A stretch of DNA of 64,000 nucleotides from Phoronis australis (taxonomy: Eukaryota; Animalia; Phoronida), in NCBI GenBank assembly GCA_002633005.1, contig NMRA01000359.1, positions 145,430 through 209,429 of the forward strand, given 5' to 3'. The notes beneath the pieces are model-generated. The model searched no databases, was not told where the DNA came from, and saw only the letters and a program-made list of their open reading frames with translations. Position 1 is the stretch's first letter; every line of letters starts with the position of its first letter. The position numbers and the translations under genes were made by a program. Below are positions 11,501 through 26,500 of the stretch, piece by piece.

Positions 11501-14500
11501 AATCTAATAAACTTTTGAACGGGGCTTATTTTTTTCATTTCTGTGTCCACTTACCGAGTTTGCAGTCAGCCGTCACTTTCCTATTCCAGCTGACACGTCC
11601 GTCCGCGTCTTTTATACATTGATACTCTGTGTCGCCCGACAGAACGTAACCTTGTTCACATCCGGTTATTTTCACTTTGGCTCCGACAAAGTTATTGTAA
11701 CTGTCTTTTTTGGCATGTCTCACTTGTAAAGCGCCACAAGATTGATCTGCAAAGGATTTGTTTCCGCATAAGGCATATTATTTTATTTTTCTAAAGCACT
11801 ATATGTCCATCTTTGTGTTGGCGGCCTCTAACTTAGGAAAAATAAACTGTTCACGATCGAGTGAAAATATTTTAACCCAAGAGTTATACGTTACGTTGGT
11901 GACATACACGTAATTCCTCATATAGTCCGTATACTAAGACGAATGAAAAAAATATATATGACTGAAACCAAGAGAAACTAATTAATTTACTAGATTTGAT
12001 ATTCGGACTTACACTCAGTCGTCATAACTGTCATCATGTTGCGGAATTGTTGAGCAGCATAGAGTGTAGTCTTGGCGACATCTTCATTTCCTGTTGCGCG
12101 GTAGTCAAATATGCATTCTTTGTTTCCGTGACACATCGCGTTAACTTCAGCCTCAGACATCGAGATGTTGGGATGCGGTGGCATGCCGAAATAGGGTTCG
12201 AAAGTCGTGTCGTTGAAGGTGTCATGGTTTTGACTGATTGTGTAGAAGAACTTCGACTCTGGCGATGTCACTTGCCCTTTAAAAATTGTGTTAATTGTAA
12301 ATACAAGAGTTCAGAATCACCAAAATCGTTGGAAATTAGATTTTAACAAGCCACGTTTAGCTGGAACGTCACCGTTTCATACTACAAACACAACGTGCAC
12401 TAGTACTAATGTAACGTGACACTTTATATTATTTTCATTGAACACTTACAGGTCATCCCAAAATGCTTGTACAGGTATTCTGAGCTGGTATTCGAAATCA
12501 GTTGTCCATTTCTGGCTTTGAGATCGTTTGCTGCATCATCGTCCCACGAACCAAATAAACCTTCCGTCTCCGTCTAAACCAAAGGAAAAGTTATGACTTT
12601 TGTTTGATCCTTTTTTCTTTTCAGGATAATCTATACGCAAGAGTTGCATTGCGGTAGAAATCTGAGTTTAAACTACAAAGTAGTGCAAGAGATTCAATTT
12701 AAGGCAATGTTTCGCTCAAGTGTGAGCTTGCAAGTGACAACAAGACTGCTTTGGAGTTGTTGCCTCTAATGTCATCGAGAAACGATGAATATGTTAGTTT
12801 TATTAATTGATGGCGTGGTTAAAACTGTTCACTTAAAGATGTTCGCTTTATTTCCAATAATTGGACACTTCATAAATCGAGTTTTAACGAAAATCAAATT
12901 AAGCAAACTTAGAAAAATTGTGAGACAACTGTGAAGTACTCAACTTTACGTACCTTGAACCTTGGAGGTACGACCACGAGTACTTGAAGAAACGAGTTCA
13001 ATGCAATGACTTTCGCTCCGACGCCATTGTCGAATCTCACGGTAAAGTTATTTTGTCTTTCGTGTTTTCGAGTGAGCAAAACTGAGACGCCTACAATAAA
13101 ATGAATGAATGGTAGACCAATTGTATGATGAAAATTAAAACGAATTCTTTTCAATCAACGAACAGACCTTAATTCTAGTAATGATAAAGCCTTTTTGGAA
13201 ATTTCTAACCTCTGAGTCTTGTCAAGACTTTTGATGATGTTTTACATTCAATTGAAATGTTCGTTGATCAGCAATAGAAACTTGTGCCTACTGTAGTGGC
13301 GGATCTAGAGGGGGGCCAAGGGGGTCACGTCCCCTCCTGACCCTCCTCTATTCTCCCAGATTCGTGGGTGTGAATGTCTGACGGGCACAATCTTGGCTAA
13401 TACCCTGTCCTGCCCCCCCCTCCCCTAACTAAAAATCCTGGATCCGTCCCTGTACTGCTACTGCAACTTCTTACCACCAAATCGTCTTGCAGATCCACCG
13501 TTAAAGCCGCTTTCTGTTTTCCCGTTTCTGATGACCGAAATCATCTTACTCCAACGCATCGAAGCAGGATTCAATTTGAATTCTACAGTGTCGAATTCTT
13601 GAGATGGTGATGAGAAAACCACGGATGTCAGAGCGGTGGCACTTATGGAGACAGGTGCTAAATTAAAAAAATAAATACGCTTTCAACTAAAAGACATTTA
13701 AGTATTGAATATTTCAGAGCTTCTGTAGCTCAGCATCCGCATGAATTTAGAATAAGGGCGTTAGATTTATACAGGATAGTCAAATAAAAGTATTTGAATG
13801 GACGAAGGATATAAATGGTTCTGTAAAACGTAAATGGTAGTGACATGTTTGCAGAATTAATATTAAAGGAGAATGCCACCCAATTTAATTAGTCTTTTTG
13901 CCGTCTTAATCAGTCTATATCCACATCGCCTCGCATACGGTCGACCTTACCTTGCCACGAGGTGTCGCGTTAACCTGTGAGGAAGGTGAGAAACGACGCT
14001 AGCGACGTCAGTGNAGCTTGTTCACGGCGCCTCTCTAGTAATTCTTCATCACTGTATTCCTGTTCGAATTGATAGCCTGTAAAACTTAACGATCCACCTG
14101 CGAAGTCGGGACTGATGAGCTCTAGCTCGTCCTAATTCGGGATTGCGAATTGCCATGTTGGTGTTTATTACTGAGCGTTCTGTTTCAAAATGAATTATTC
14201 TCACCCTAACCAATACTTATATAAAACTGAAACAAAGTCTGTCTCATTAGATGCAATTTGTAATGCCTTTGGAGTGTTTGTGAGTACAAATAATTTGAGA
14301 AGCCAGATAAATCACTGCGTAAACGGCTTTGGGTCAATAAAACTAATTGATGAGACACCGAGGCCGTGTGAGCTCATGCTAATTTAGTGTTTGCTGGCAG
14401 AAACTGTTGTGAAACAACTCGATTGCCATCCCGCGGCCAGGTGTTAGGAGAATCTTTATTTAAATTTACATTACTCAAATAATGATTGTCAATGTACAAC

Positions 14501-17500
14501 TTCTGCCCTGACGGTGCTGTGGCCAAAGCGGAACCTGAATTCGCGGCACCCGACGAGTAACTAGACTCGGCAGTTTCCGCGTAGCTAATTCACCAACATA
14601 ATCACGTGAACATTACTTTAGCTCACTAGTATAGTATTTTCTTGACTGGAAGTTTAGTTTCCACTGAACTTTGGCTGGTTTATGTTTGTGATGTCTGATC
14701 AGTTTCCGAGCCACTGTCCGGGATAACGACTCAATCCGGCCGGCCGCGACGCTGGGGCCTGATCGGGCTCCGAGCCACTAGCCAGGATAACAAGCGTTTT
14801 GTGTTTAGAATTCAAAAAATCACAAGTCTAAACAACACAGATCTAGTTTCTCTTGTCTGTATCTCACGGAAAATACTTCGAAATTATCTCCGAACACACC
14901 CCAAACTCATGCTACGGACCTTATTGGCCTGCCGAACTTTGTAGGCTACGGTGTGTCCAAATACCAATAAATCCGTAAGAGCGAAATAAAACAACACGTT
15001 TTTATAAGAACTCGGTGTATTTTTAAGGGGTTTACATCAAAGTTTGATGATTTATTGGTGCTAAACGATGACTTCAAGCGATAAGCTGACACCAGTAACT
15101 CGTGTTGTGAACTGCTGAACAGACTGCGCGTGAAACCGATGACGTCATTGGATAAGTTCAACACCTCCGTCTGCCGTCAGGTGTCAGGTAACGCAACCGT
15201 ACGTGTCGTTATGGAGTAGAACTACTCGATCTAAATTGATACAAATTTGGTTGTTTTTTGGGTGGCATGCTCCTTTAACTGCTGCTTTTCGACAAGTATC
15301 GAGCAGCGCTCTTTCTTTAATGCTACTTACACTGGTTAAGCTGTGGTTCCTCAAATCGCCCTTGTACCCACAGGGAGTCGGATTTAGTGAGCCAGAACTC
15401 TCCTTTTCCGTTGAAGGTATATGTAAAGTTGTCGAAGGTAGTGAAATGCGGGTCGCCATAGGCAACGGCTGTGAAAATAGGAGTTGATGAAATGTGCTCA
15501 ACTGTCGAATTTTATTCCTTTTAAAAACAAATTTGACAACACATTACCTTGCAACAAGTTCTGGGCGTGGTTGGATAAATGTTGCAAAGCAACAACTGAC
15601 GGCCGGCATTATCGCACGTCACGTGACTATGTACCTGGAGTCATGTAACGATCAAACTGTTGTAGCTGAGACCGGGGTAGAGTTCAGTAACGCTGGGACC
15701 TCACTATGACCTCGAAACAAGATTTTAGATTTTCAATGAGAGTGCGTGATTTTGGCTAGACACTAACTCTACCCAGCTAGGTGAGCAATATGTTCGAAGG
15801 CTTTTTCAAAGTCTTTGTTGTCGTCCTCTAGGAGCTGTATTAGAATACAGTCCACGCAACAATACATATACATGTACATGTATATGTTGTATATTGTGTC
15901 TGAGCGCAAAGCTTCGTGGTTTGTCAGCTAATGGTTGTGAAGACGTAGACGTATTGGAACAGCGCGATCAACAAATCGTGGATTGGTTTAACTCCAAAAC
16001 TAAGTCAACAAAGTGTGTGAAGCGAACTTAAAAATCTAAAAATATTGAATAATATTCGATGAATATGGTGGCCAATGTTTGGCCTACACTTTATTGTGAA
16101 AAGCAAGTGGCTTTGATCGTTGCAAAAGAGGCAAAGAAATAATTAATCATTGGAATATTTTACAATTAAAGGTATATATTTTGAATTCTCCTTACCTACT
16201 CCGGGGGGTGCACCTACCTGCTCTGGGACTTGCATAATTTACACAGTCCCTGGTTGGCCGACGTTCCATGTAAAGATCACAAATCCCTTTCGACCACAGG
16301 CAGCAGTAATAGTACGGGATGACGTCCTCCAACCAATGAGAGTAGCCGGGAACACGGGGTCCGAGACCGAACGGTGCAGCGCCGGAATAGTAGCCTCGAT
16401 CTGGAGTACTGCCCTGGGTACTGTCGACGGTGTGCATGAGCGAACCATCTCCTCGGTAGCAACATTGATTTCCTGCACCGCTGCGACTGAAAACGTTTGG
16501 AAGACCGCATAGTAATGTCTAAGCTTACTTTCAGAGAAAGAATTGTCTCAGTTCAGTTGGTAAAGACTGATGTCACCGGCATGGTGAAAGATCGTCGTTA
16601 CACTGTCGCCAATAAATGACGATGGAAGTGAACATTTACATAATTCGTAATTTAAGATCAATGAGATTTGTATCTAAAACTCTTTGGTGGTTGGCGGTTG
16701 CATCGAGAACGTGAGAATCTCGCTGAGGAAGCTAGTGTGATCACGTGCGGCTTGTATTATACATGGCGATATCTCGCGAAGTCTTGCGTATTCTTGTGTA
16801 TTCTCGAGATTCTCGCAAAGTATACCTAACTTAAGTGGAAAAGTATTCACGGTCGCCATGGAAACACGTCAGAAACACGCGCTACTGTTGGGGGTGAATT
16901 ACAAGCTCGGCCAAGGCACACAAGAAACGCTGGCGATTGTTGGAGCGCTGGCTCATTCCTGTAAAGTGTTGCTTTCGAATTGTTCAAGTCTTCACGAGGT
17001 AAAAGCATATGCGTGGATATCGTAACAAAGATAGCCACCTCAGAGCTGAAACGGCATGTAGGACCAACAAAGTGTGCCAAAAATTCATAAATCACCAACA
17101 AGCAGTGCGTCGTAAAAGAACGCTAGATTCATACTTACGCCGGTACCACAGATCGGACACAGTGTCTGGCTCCCTTGTGGTAAAAACACTCACTTCCTGT
17201 CTCCTCATTGCAAGAGGGGTCGGCTTCCCACCTTCCCAAGTCTGCTCGCGCTTGACTCAGGGTGCACGGACAGCTAGCAAGAGATGCTAACCACTTCGTG
17301 TCTTTGCCGTCTCTTTCGTAGAAATCTCGACACTTTTTGCTTGGCCAGTCGCCTCCTTCTTCATTCTTTAGTCTGGAGTTCATGTACCACCCTAAGGGTA
17401 TGATTTTCGAATGCATGCGCCTGTAGGAGAAAACGTGAAAATAGTTGTCAACACTATCTCTTGACAGCATTGAATTTTTGTTGTCACAAAAATCAATTTA

Positions 17501-20500
17501 TGAACTTTTACTATCTTCATAACGAACCGTTCATGGAAATATTTACACGAATGCGCAGTTGAAATTAAAAAGTGAGTTGTTTTTTATAAAATCGCATTCC
17601 TCTTGGCTAGCAACATAACGTATTTGATGGTCAAATTTGGAAAATGACGCTACAAAGACACAGAAGACATAGAAAATGGTAAAAGTGCCGTTACCAACAA
17701 TATAAACTAAAAAATAAAATGGATAAAAGACGAATACTGTAGGAACATATCTAACTTACAAAAAAACTTCCGAGCGATGCTCTCCTTTTCACCAATGTAA
17801 GGTAAACTGTTACAGATTGGACGAGAAAAGTTAGCTAGATATGGCAATGAGTATTGTGTAAAGAGGAAACAGGCGGGGATGAAGGACAATGAACTGAGAC
17901 ATGATACGGGTGGTCATAAAAAAGGGCAGCCACCAGGCCTATGTGTAATCAACCAACCGGGAACTTGGGGTAAAGCAATAATACATATTACAACATGAAA
18001 TGTGAATGGTTAAAACATGCAGATCAGAAAATGAGCTATAATCACCAAAAAATTGGAATAAAGCAGGGAGTGCAAAGAATTGTAATATTATAGTAGTACA
18101 ATGCAAAATAATAATCGTAATATTACGAATAGTACGCTATGATATGAGGGTATGCAGTTAGTTTGGTAAAATAGATCTTATATAAAATTAGGGCATCATG
18201 TAAGGTTCAACCTTCTTTCTGGTACCAGGGCTACAAGAACTTTTGAGATCTGCCGGGCATTGAATTGGTAAAGTCATTGCCAACCGGAGATGTAGGATTT
18301 TGGTGAACAGACTTTGTAATTGTAAGTCTGGTGAACAGGGCACCACCCTACCGCAGGAAACTTGCGTCAAATGACAGTTCCCTACCAATGGTTTGTCTCG
18401 TGTAAGTAGTGTGAAAATGTCGGTTACCTAGAGGATCTAACTCCCCAAATATTTTCCGGGGAGTCTTATTTATTTTAGGATGGTGCCCCAATTCATTGTC
18501 TTTCATCCTCGCGAATTCTTTTGCTGTACGCGTTTTAACTTCACAGTACGTATCGAATGTGAGACGTACCGTGGGTTTGTCGTGGAATCCGAGGAGCAGG
18601 CAACTTCAATTACGCCAAGTTCATAACTGTCATCTTCTTTAGATTTACTCTGGTGTCTCGACACGTCAAATGAGAACTGCCTGTTGTAAACTCCTGTTGT
18701 ACCGAGCTGTTTCAGGCGCTTGAGAGAAGGCTATTCAGAGATATAACGTAATTGTTATATGTAACTTTTTGCCTATGTAAATGTATTAATAACGGCAAAT
18801 TAAATAATAATTGCATTTGCCGTTGAGATCAGCGGTTGCAACGTCAACAACAAACGCCATGAACAGTGCGGATGTATTACCTTAGACATACTCCAAAGTG
18901 AATGGTGTTTTATTTCTGAACAGTGTTCAAACTTGAACACGTTTTGTGAAAATGGCGCCACTTTGCGTAGATACGTTTAAGTGTTGATTCGAAAGCAGGC
19001 AGACCCAATAGCCAATGTTTGGAAATTTTTCCAAATACATGCCCACGGGCCTACATTTGGGCCGGGTCTTGTTTGTGGAAAACCCAGTACACAGCGCATA
19101 CGTTTTGAATGCAACAAACACAGTCCTGATTTCTTTTATTTCGAAGCTGGCACTCAACGTACCACGCCGCGAACTTCCTTGTATCCCACCAACCAAATGT
19201 TGAGCTTGGGGCAGACGATTTCCTCAGGTTTCCACGATACTGAAAGAGTCTTCGGGTCCACGGTAGCCCATTTGCCCATATCGTCCAGTTTTACAGAAGA
19301 CATTCCATAATCTAAAGGTTAGAAACAGTGCATGACGTGATGAACTTTGTCCGAGATGAAGGTTGCTGCGTAGTTTTGGAGAAGGCAGGCTGTATTGTTA
19401 TTTACCATGATTGCTGTAGCTTCTAGATTGTTCATAAAGAAAAGATATACATACTGTTGTGCCCCGGCATACACAACTGAAAATATTTTACAGTTAAAAA
19501 AGCATAAAGATTTGGGAAGTGTCAAGAAAATATATGAAAATGTGTGATGTCACAGGCTACAGGCTATGGGAAAATTGATACGGTATCAGAAATGACGTCT
19601 TTTGGAAATCGTCATTACATGCTTAACAGTAAATTAATGGAAATATTATCTTGAACCTTCCGAAACTTCAAATATGGTTTTGGAGGATTTACACCTTGAA
19701 AACAACTAAAATTTCCTTGTTCTACGCTGCTTCGGTCAAAAATTAGTCATTTTCATCCGCTGTTGATATTTAGCGTAAATGATATGTGCTTTTACAATTG
19801 CTACACATGCCGCAAAGAGATGTTAAAACACCGCTTACGTGCGGACGATGATACTTACAGACATCATATTCCGACTTGTAGGTCCACGACTTTCCTCCGT
19901 CTAACGACAGTTCTACTGATACGCCATCCTTTACGAAAAATTTGGGTGGCACGCAACGGATTTTGGTTGCACTTATTGTAAAGCCAATCACTGTTTCATC
20001 TCCAAACCTATAAACAGGCACACGTCAGCTTAGAAAAAACAACAATTTTATATATCTATATTCTATGAATCTACCTTCTGTCTAATATACCAATACAGCG
20101 TTCACACGCAGTTCGACCTGAAGGTAGATCGGACATCTCAATCCGCCATCTGAAAAGATGTCATATGTAAACGCTCCTCATGTGTCTGATCTGCTTTTTT
20201 ATCCCCGAGCCCGAATCAGCCGTCATACCGTGACGATCGCACGCTGATTGGCTAGAATTTTGCATGCAGTAGGCAAATATTACGCTAACAAGATTTGCAC
20301 GCAAGTGGATAAGGGCAATGTTTACCCCTAGAGTATCCAGTGAAGTCCTCGGCACATCAAAGGCTTGGGCGCCTTCGTGGACTGGAGTGAGCTAGTTGCT
20401 CATTCGTGGGGTTGGCTGACACGTGTGAGGTGAGATAATCGCGGTCGTAAACCAACACGCCTGTTTACCTTAAGGGTTTCAAAGACATAAGGAAGGCAAA

Positions 20501-23500
20501 CGACCAGCATGGCTGCTTTTTTAAATTGAAAAGTAAATACTAGTCCTCTTTGAATTTTTTAAATCGATGACTTATTAGAGAAATTAGCTAACAGGTTTCC
20601 GTCAGCATCGCGGCTAAGCCACGAAGTTAATTTGCGAATCGATTAGGATGGGTTAGTCACAGTCTGGCTCAAGGGTAACAAAACCCCAAATGTTAGCTTA
20701 GAAGTTGTCTCGTGCAAGATGGGGCGCATTTGTCTGATTGGCTTTCCCAAATTTGATCGCCGTATTGCTTTCGATTTACACCGCCAGGGTTATAAAACCT
20801 ATGAGATCCTGTCCCTTACTCAAATTACAAATGGTTTCTGAGCTTGCCATTTGAGGTCGTGTACAAGGCACAAGCTGCATGAGAAATCCCTTCTTATTAG
20901 AGTGAGGAACCAGTTGGGGTCAGTTTTATAAGTAGTAAGTGCACTGTGTCAACAAGAAACAAAATAGTTCCTAACACACACATACACGCGCGCGCATNTG
21001 TGTGTGTGTGTGTGTGTGTGTAACCACCACCTTTTTAGTCTCAAGCAGTCGTGTTTATTAAACATCGTACATGCAGGCTACTTCAGTTAAATGTACCTGC
21101 ATCTGGGTGAGTCTGGTTCACTTTGACACGGACCGGATACATACAGGTCTTCACCTCCGTAGACAGACCCTTTTCTTCTACTCAGAATAAGAGTCTTGTC
21201 TGAAGAAAGAACATGGATAAAATCAAGATATTTTATAAATACATTGTAGTTTTTCATTGATTTACATGCGGTAATTTTGTGTTACACCTGTTATAAAATC
21301 GGTCTCATCTTGCTCTTTACTCCGATTAGCAGTAATTGTAATTTTTTGGCTTGACAAGAATTTGAGATGTCGTTAGTGCTTTACACTAGCACCAGGGCCA
21401 AATTCCTTGTCACGGCTGGTTTTTTGCACTATAGATTAATTATTCCAAAATCCATGGTTACAATCTCCAAGGCAACATGGTCCTCTGGGGAATAGTCGAT
21501 GTATTCAAAGGAACCGAACGTGTTGACATCGCTTTCAGGTTAGATCAAATACGATCTTGAATATTGGTTTACGCTTTCTTTTGAAAGCTAAAGACTACTA
21601 AGAAGTCAATCATACCTATAACTTATGATTATGTAAATACGTTTCTGTCCACGGTAAAACCGACTGCGTCCTTTTAAAAGAAAATGTGTGACAATGAAAG
21701 GAACGACAAACCTTGACTGTCTTTAGGAGTGCAGCTCCCTCTGTTAGCGGTGGTTCCACCGATGCTGTATACAAATCGGCCCTTCATATTTCCACCCCAC
21801 GCTTGATCTAAATCGACCATTCGCTCTGTCCCTGAATAGGGGAGTGACACCCATCCCCGTCCGTTCCCTAAATTGAACCCTGCCTATTTGGATGGAAAAC
21901 ATGTAGAATTGGAATATGTGCACAGGTTTCGAAGATATATCACACAAAAATATTGATATGCTCCTTCATGAAAACGTTGACACATTTTAAAGTATTGGAC
22001 ACCAAAATAAAGTCAATGAGGAACATGCATGATTAATTTATAAGAACAAGAGCTTCATCAAAATATTTTTGGAAGCAATAAATTGTGCCCTTAAGTTCAG
22101 TTTCACACATTTAAAAATATTAAGTCTAACTTGAGCGGGCGGCACTTTGGCTCCCAATCCGGTAGTAGCATCCCCTCCAGCTGAAACGCCCCCAGTCCAC
22201 GACGTGTTCTCGTAATTGAAAATGGAGTATGTGCTTTGACCGTCCGTCACAATAGCAGCTTGGAAGGTGTTGCTCTGTAAAGTTCCAGTAAAAGTTGTGA
22301 GCTCACTTCAACAACTCTGAAGTCTTGAATTTTCACAGTTAATTCCTCGAGCTCGAAAGAAAATGCCAGACGTAATTTCGTACCCAAACGTGAAATAAAG
22401 AATTCTTGGGGGATAATTTTCTGTGACAAAATCGTAATTTTTGGAAGAAAAAAAAGCTTTCTAGCATAATTTTGTGCGCGTTTTTCGTTTTTGTAGGCAG
22501 TGATGATTTTTAGAAATTTAAAGTTTTATTTGTGGAAAAGCACAATTTAAATATTTTAAAGAACTTGACTATTAGGAACTAGAGTAGTCAGTTACCGTGA
22601 ATTGTTTTCTGAACCAAAAGTGTTGCACGAACATCATAATGATATTTTCTACTCCTTAACCTAATCTCCTCATTACTAGATTAATTTTACCTGAATTGGA
22701 GTTTGTAAATGTTATCTTACCGCTGTTGCAAATGGGCCTCCACCGTTAAAGGTCAAGTCCAACCACGTAACCATAAATCCAGTTTTGGGTTGAAAGTTGT
22801 GGATACTGTCAGCGGTGACTGAATTTCTTAAATCAGCCCGAATGGTATTCATCTTAGTATCTTCCAGAGATTCCTAAAATAAAAATTGGGAAAATAAAAG
22901 CCATCACCAGTCTGCTGTCATGAAATAACTTACTATAGTTCCAGTCTGTAGTGAATTCTCTGCGGCATTCGTCGCCGCAAATCCCAAACACCGACCGATC
23001 CATTGTCTTAGCAGCGGGTGGAAGACGTTAGAATAAAACCAAGGGTGACTATTTCAGTACAACTTTCCAGAAGATCGACGACATATGTTCGTTAACGGGC
23101 AGACACTTTCTTCTAAGTCATTGACCTCCGTCAAACTATGTATTGGAACACGAAAGTGAATATGCGTGGAGAAATTATATTGATTTTGGTGAAATCGTGT
23201 GTACATGATATATGTTTTTAACACCGTTGAGAGTTCATAAATGTGACGAAACTTTCGATCTCTTGGCCTTTGCTCAATAAGAAACAATTTCTAAATAAGA
23301 GAAGCTAGTGACTGACCATGCAGTTCTCTGCAATGGAATTAGTGGACTGGACCGAAATGAGGGGGAAGGGGTAAGACGATCCATAGGCTCACATAAATGT
23401 ATTTAACGACCGAAATGCCGTTTCTGTGCCTAATTATGCGGGGAAAGCTCAAAATGGCGAAACGTTGTTGCCAAAGTATTTCAACTTGCGGCTGGTTAGT

Positions 23501-26500
23501 GAAGTGTAACTGAAGTGGCCACCGGCAGTCCGAGTAAGACTATAGGCCTATGTGTGTTTTCCCAATGGGACACTGCATGGAATCTGAAGTGGGTAGGCCT
23601 AAGTCTTTCCGTCCGGCTTAGAATAGATTGACAAGTTAATTCTAATATCTTAGTTTGACCTTCGATATAACCGTGTACTGGCTTCAGTTCAAATAGGATC
23701 AAACGGTTACATGGACAAGGCCTTACATGTATATGTAGCTATATACAATACTATCATCAATACTCGCAGACCTTACCACGTAGTCGACGTAGGTGACTTA
23801 GGTACTTCTGAATTCTCGCACTCAATCACGACCACATTCGCATTTGAACTTGAGCCAAGTACAGCCTTGTGGTCGAGCATTGGATATGACTTATGAATTG
23901 AGTACGCTGTGCCAATGAAAGTACGTTTTCATGAGTTTTTGTGTGTACTTACAAAATACACTGTTCCCTTTCCTGATAGTTTGCCAGGCTCCGTTCTAGC
24001 GTAGTAAGGGGCAAGAAAGACAGGGTCCAGACCTTGGGTAAACTGATCTCCTTGCTGGTCCTTCCAAGTAATAGCTTGCCACAGTGTGGAACCATCGCCG
24101 AATATAACAAAACCATTAGTGGAAACCTGAAATAGTTGTACAGTTACATCACCATTGTGACAGTGTCGTCATCAGTATCGTCAGAACACCGTCAACATTA
24201 GCATTTTCAACACCGTCATCCTATGCGTCATGTCATCATCATCAACGCCAGCACCATCGTCATCATCGTCAGCTTCCTTGCCGACTTATCATTATCCTCC
24301 TTTTCAAAATTATTTCATGTTACAGCTTAACACAAATAGAACATCAATACTTTAAATAAATGGGACGTTTCTTGTAACACTAAGTAGAAATTTCACGCAT
24401 TAATTACCTTAACTCGATTGTACTTTTTGCCAAATACAGGTATTGGATCCTTTCCCAAGTCTACACTTAACGACTGATCTACTCCCTGCGTAACTGCTCG
24501 CGACACATCGTGCTGGTATAGAACTGTAAAATATAAAGTTGGATGTTCAACTGAGGTTGTGCTTCAAATGCATGATTATATCATAAGTGGCTTCATCTTA
24601 AACATATTAGCAACAACAAAAAAGCAGTATCGATCTCCGGTACACCTGTGGTCTCCTGCTTCATGCGCGTACAAACAACGTAAAAGGAAAACGGGAAGGA
24701 CATTTGTAGAATGCGACGTTGGAATTCCTACTTTAAGGGGAGCGCCACCTTTTGACAATTTAGCTTGCAATTATTATAAAAGACGTTTTGAATATTTTCA
24801 TAAAGAAAAAAATAAAATTTCAAAAACTAATCACATTGACGTAGTAAGAAAATGTCATCCGATCATAGTGAGTTGTTCTCTTCCTCCTATTTTCGTTCTA
24901 GTAACTTTGCTCAGTGGTCGAGAATGCCTCCGAATTTCCGGAACAGGTAATAAAATTAGTACAACAGCCAATCATACACACGGTTTATTTATTTTCATTG
25001 AGCAACTTTACTTACTGCTTACTGTTACTAAGCGTCAAAACTTCGGTTTGAATTGTTTTACCTATTACTTCCGTTTTTACAAAAAGCAACCAACATGTTC
25101 GAAATTGTTTAAAAGCTGTATTCTCCTTGTCTACCGGAAATGTAATCAATCCTTTTACTCTAATAATGTCGGTCTCGTGGCATGGTTCTATTTCTGTTAC
25201 TAACAAGAACATAGAATCAGCACCTCAAGTAAAGGCTGCGGATAAGAAAATGGCGAACGTGCACATTGCCTGTAACTTGAGTCGCCGGAGCATGCGCAAC
25301 AATTCAAGATACGCTGACATCGGCAATGTTTTAAACCTCAAAGCTCTTCGGTTGCAACATTCAGTATATTATCGATTCGTTATTCAAGAAAGCATTCATT
25401 ACTCGCCTCAAGTATCATACCATACTTTATTGCATTCGAGGCCAGAGGCCCAAAATACAATAACAAACATATATTACAAGCACAGTTAAATACGAAACAG
25501 AGAGTAAAACAATTTTTCTCAACGCACTGTAGCTAAATATAGTGCGAACTTTTCAATGTTTGCATCAGTAGTCTTCATAATCTTGTTGAAGTTTAGGACA
25601 GGGATATGGTCATCAAAATTTGCATTCATATATTGCTGACGGAGGTCTGCATCAGCATTACATACCAACACAAAGTGCAGTTCGTCTTCAACGTAGTTCA
25701 TATTACAGAAAAAGCAAATTCTATCACAGTAACCTATTTTGTTGCGCCTTCCCGTTTCCGCTTCCAATTTGTGGTTCGCGCAACGAAACCTTGATTTTTT
25801 TTGTATAAAATGGCGAGTTGGATTAAACTGAAAGTATTTTTCTGAAGAGTAAAGAGCAAATGGTTAATCAAGACTGTTCAGGTCAGTGACATTATCGGCA
25901 ATGAAAGTGATTTTCTGAGATATGCCTCAGTGCTGAATCGGACTACTACCGCGGGATCATTCCGCATGTACCCGCGGTAACAGTTCCCATCCAATAAAAG
26001 ATTATTGAATATTGTCACTGTTCTCGACGATTTCATCGAATGCTTGGTAGACAAATGCAGCTGGGAATCGGCGACTTGAAATAAAGTCACAAAAATTCCC
26101 AATGACTTTTGTTGTTTTTACCTAGGCTAGTCAAAGTTCATAACTTCAAAAAGTCTATCTTATTCACCGATAATCTCAAAAATGCGTTTTTTATCAGTGA
26201 AATACATGTTGATAACGTGGTTTTAAAGCGGCAATAAACCCGTCCCCGTTAAAAAATGATTTAGGACATTTGTTGCTGCAACTTTGGTCTTAACTTGTTA
26301 CTAACAAAAAGAAGAGGTAATTTTGGTCTCGCTAGTAACTGAAAGGTCGATACTGCCTGAGATCAGCCTCCCGTTCAGTAGCGCTGGGACCTCGCTAAAA
26401 AGCAAGATTTCACGGGGGAGAAACTGTTTTCGGAGAAGATGGTTTGAAAATGTTGTTTATTATATCTCAGACCTACTAGAAGATTTTTGCAAAAAGTTCA

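Noticed and set aside
22950-22980. Small GC hairpin TGCGGC-ATTCGTC-GCCGCA as an RNA element
   Set aside because: More simply the terminal hairpin of a Helitron/Helentron-type remnant; too short to call.
24559-25203. Longest ORF in the track (214 aa, +)
   Set aside because: It starts at a non-ATG codon, is antisense within mesh intron 1, has no recognisable motif and crosses a probable transposon end; likely chance.
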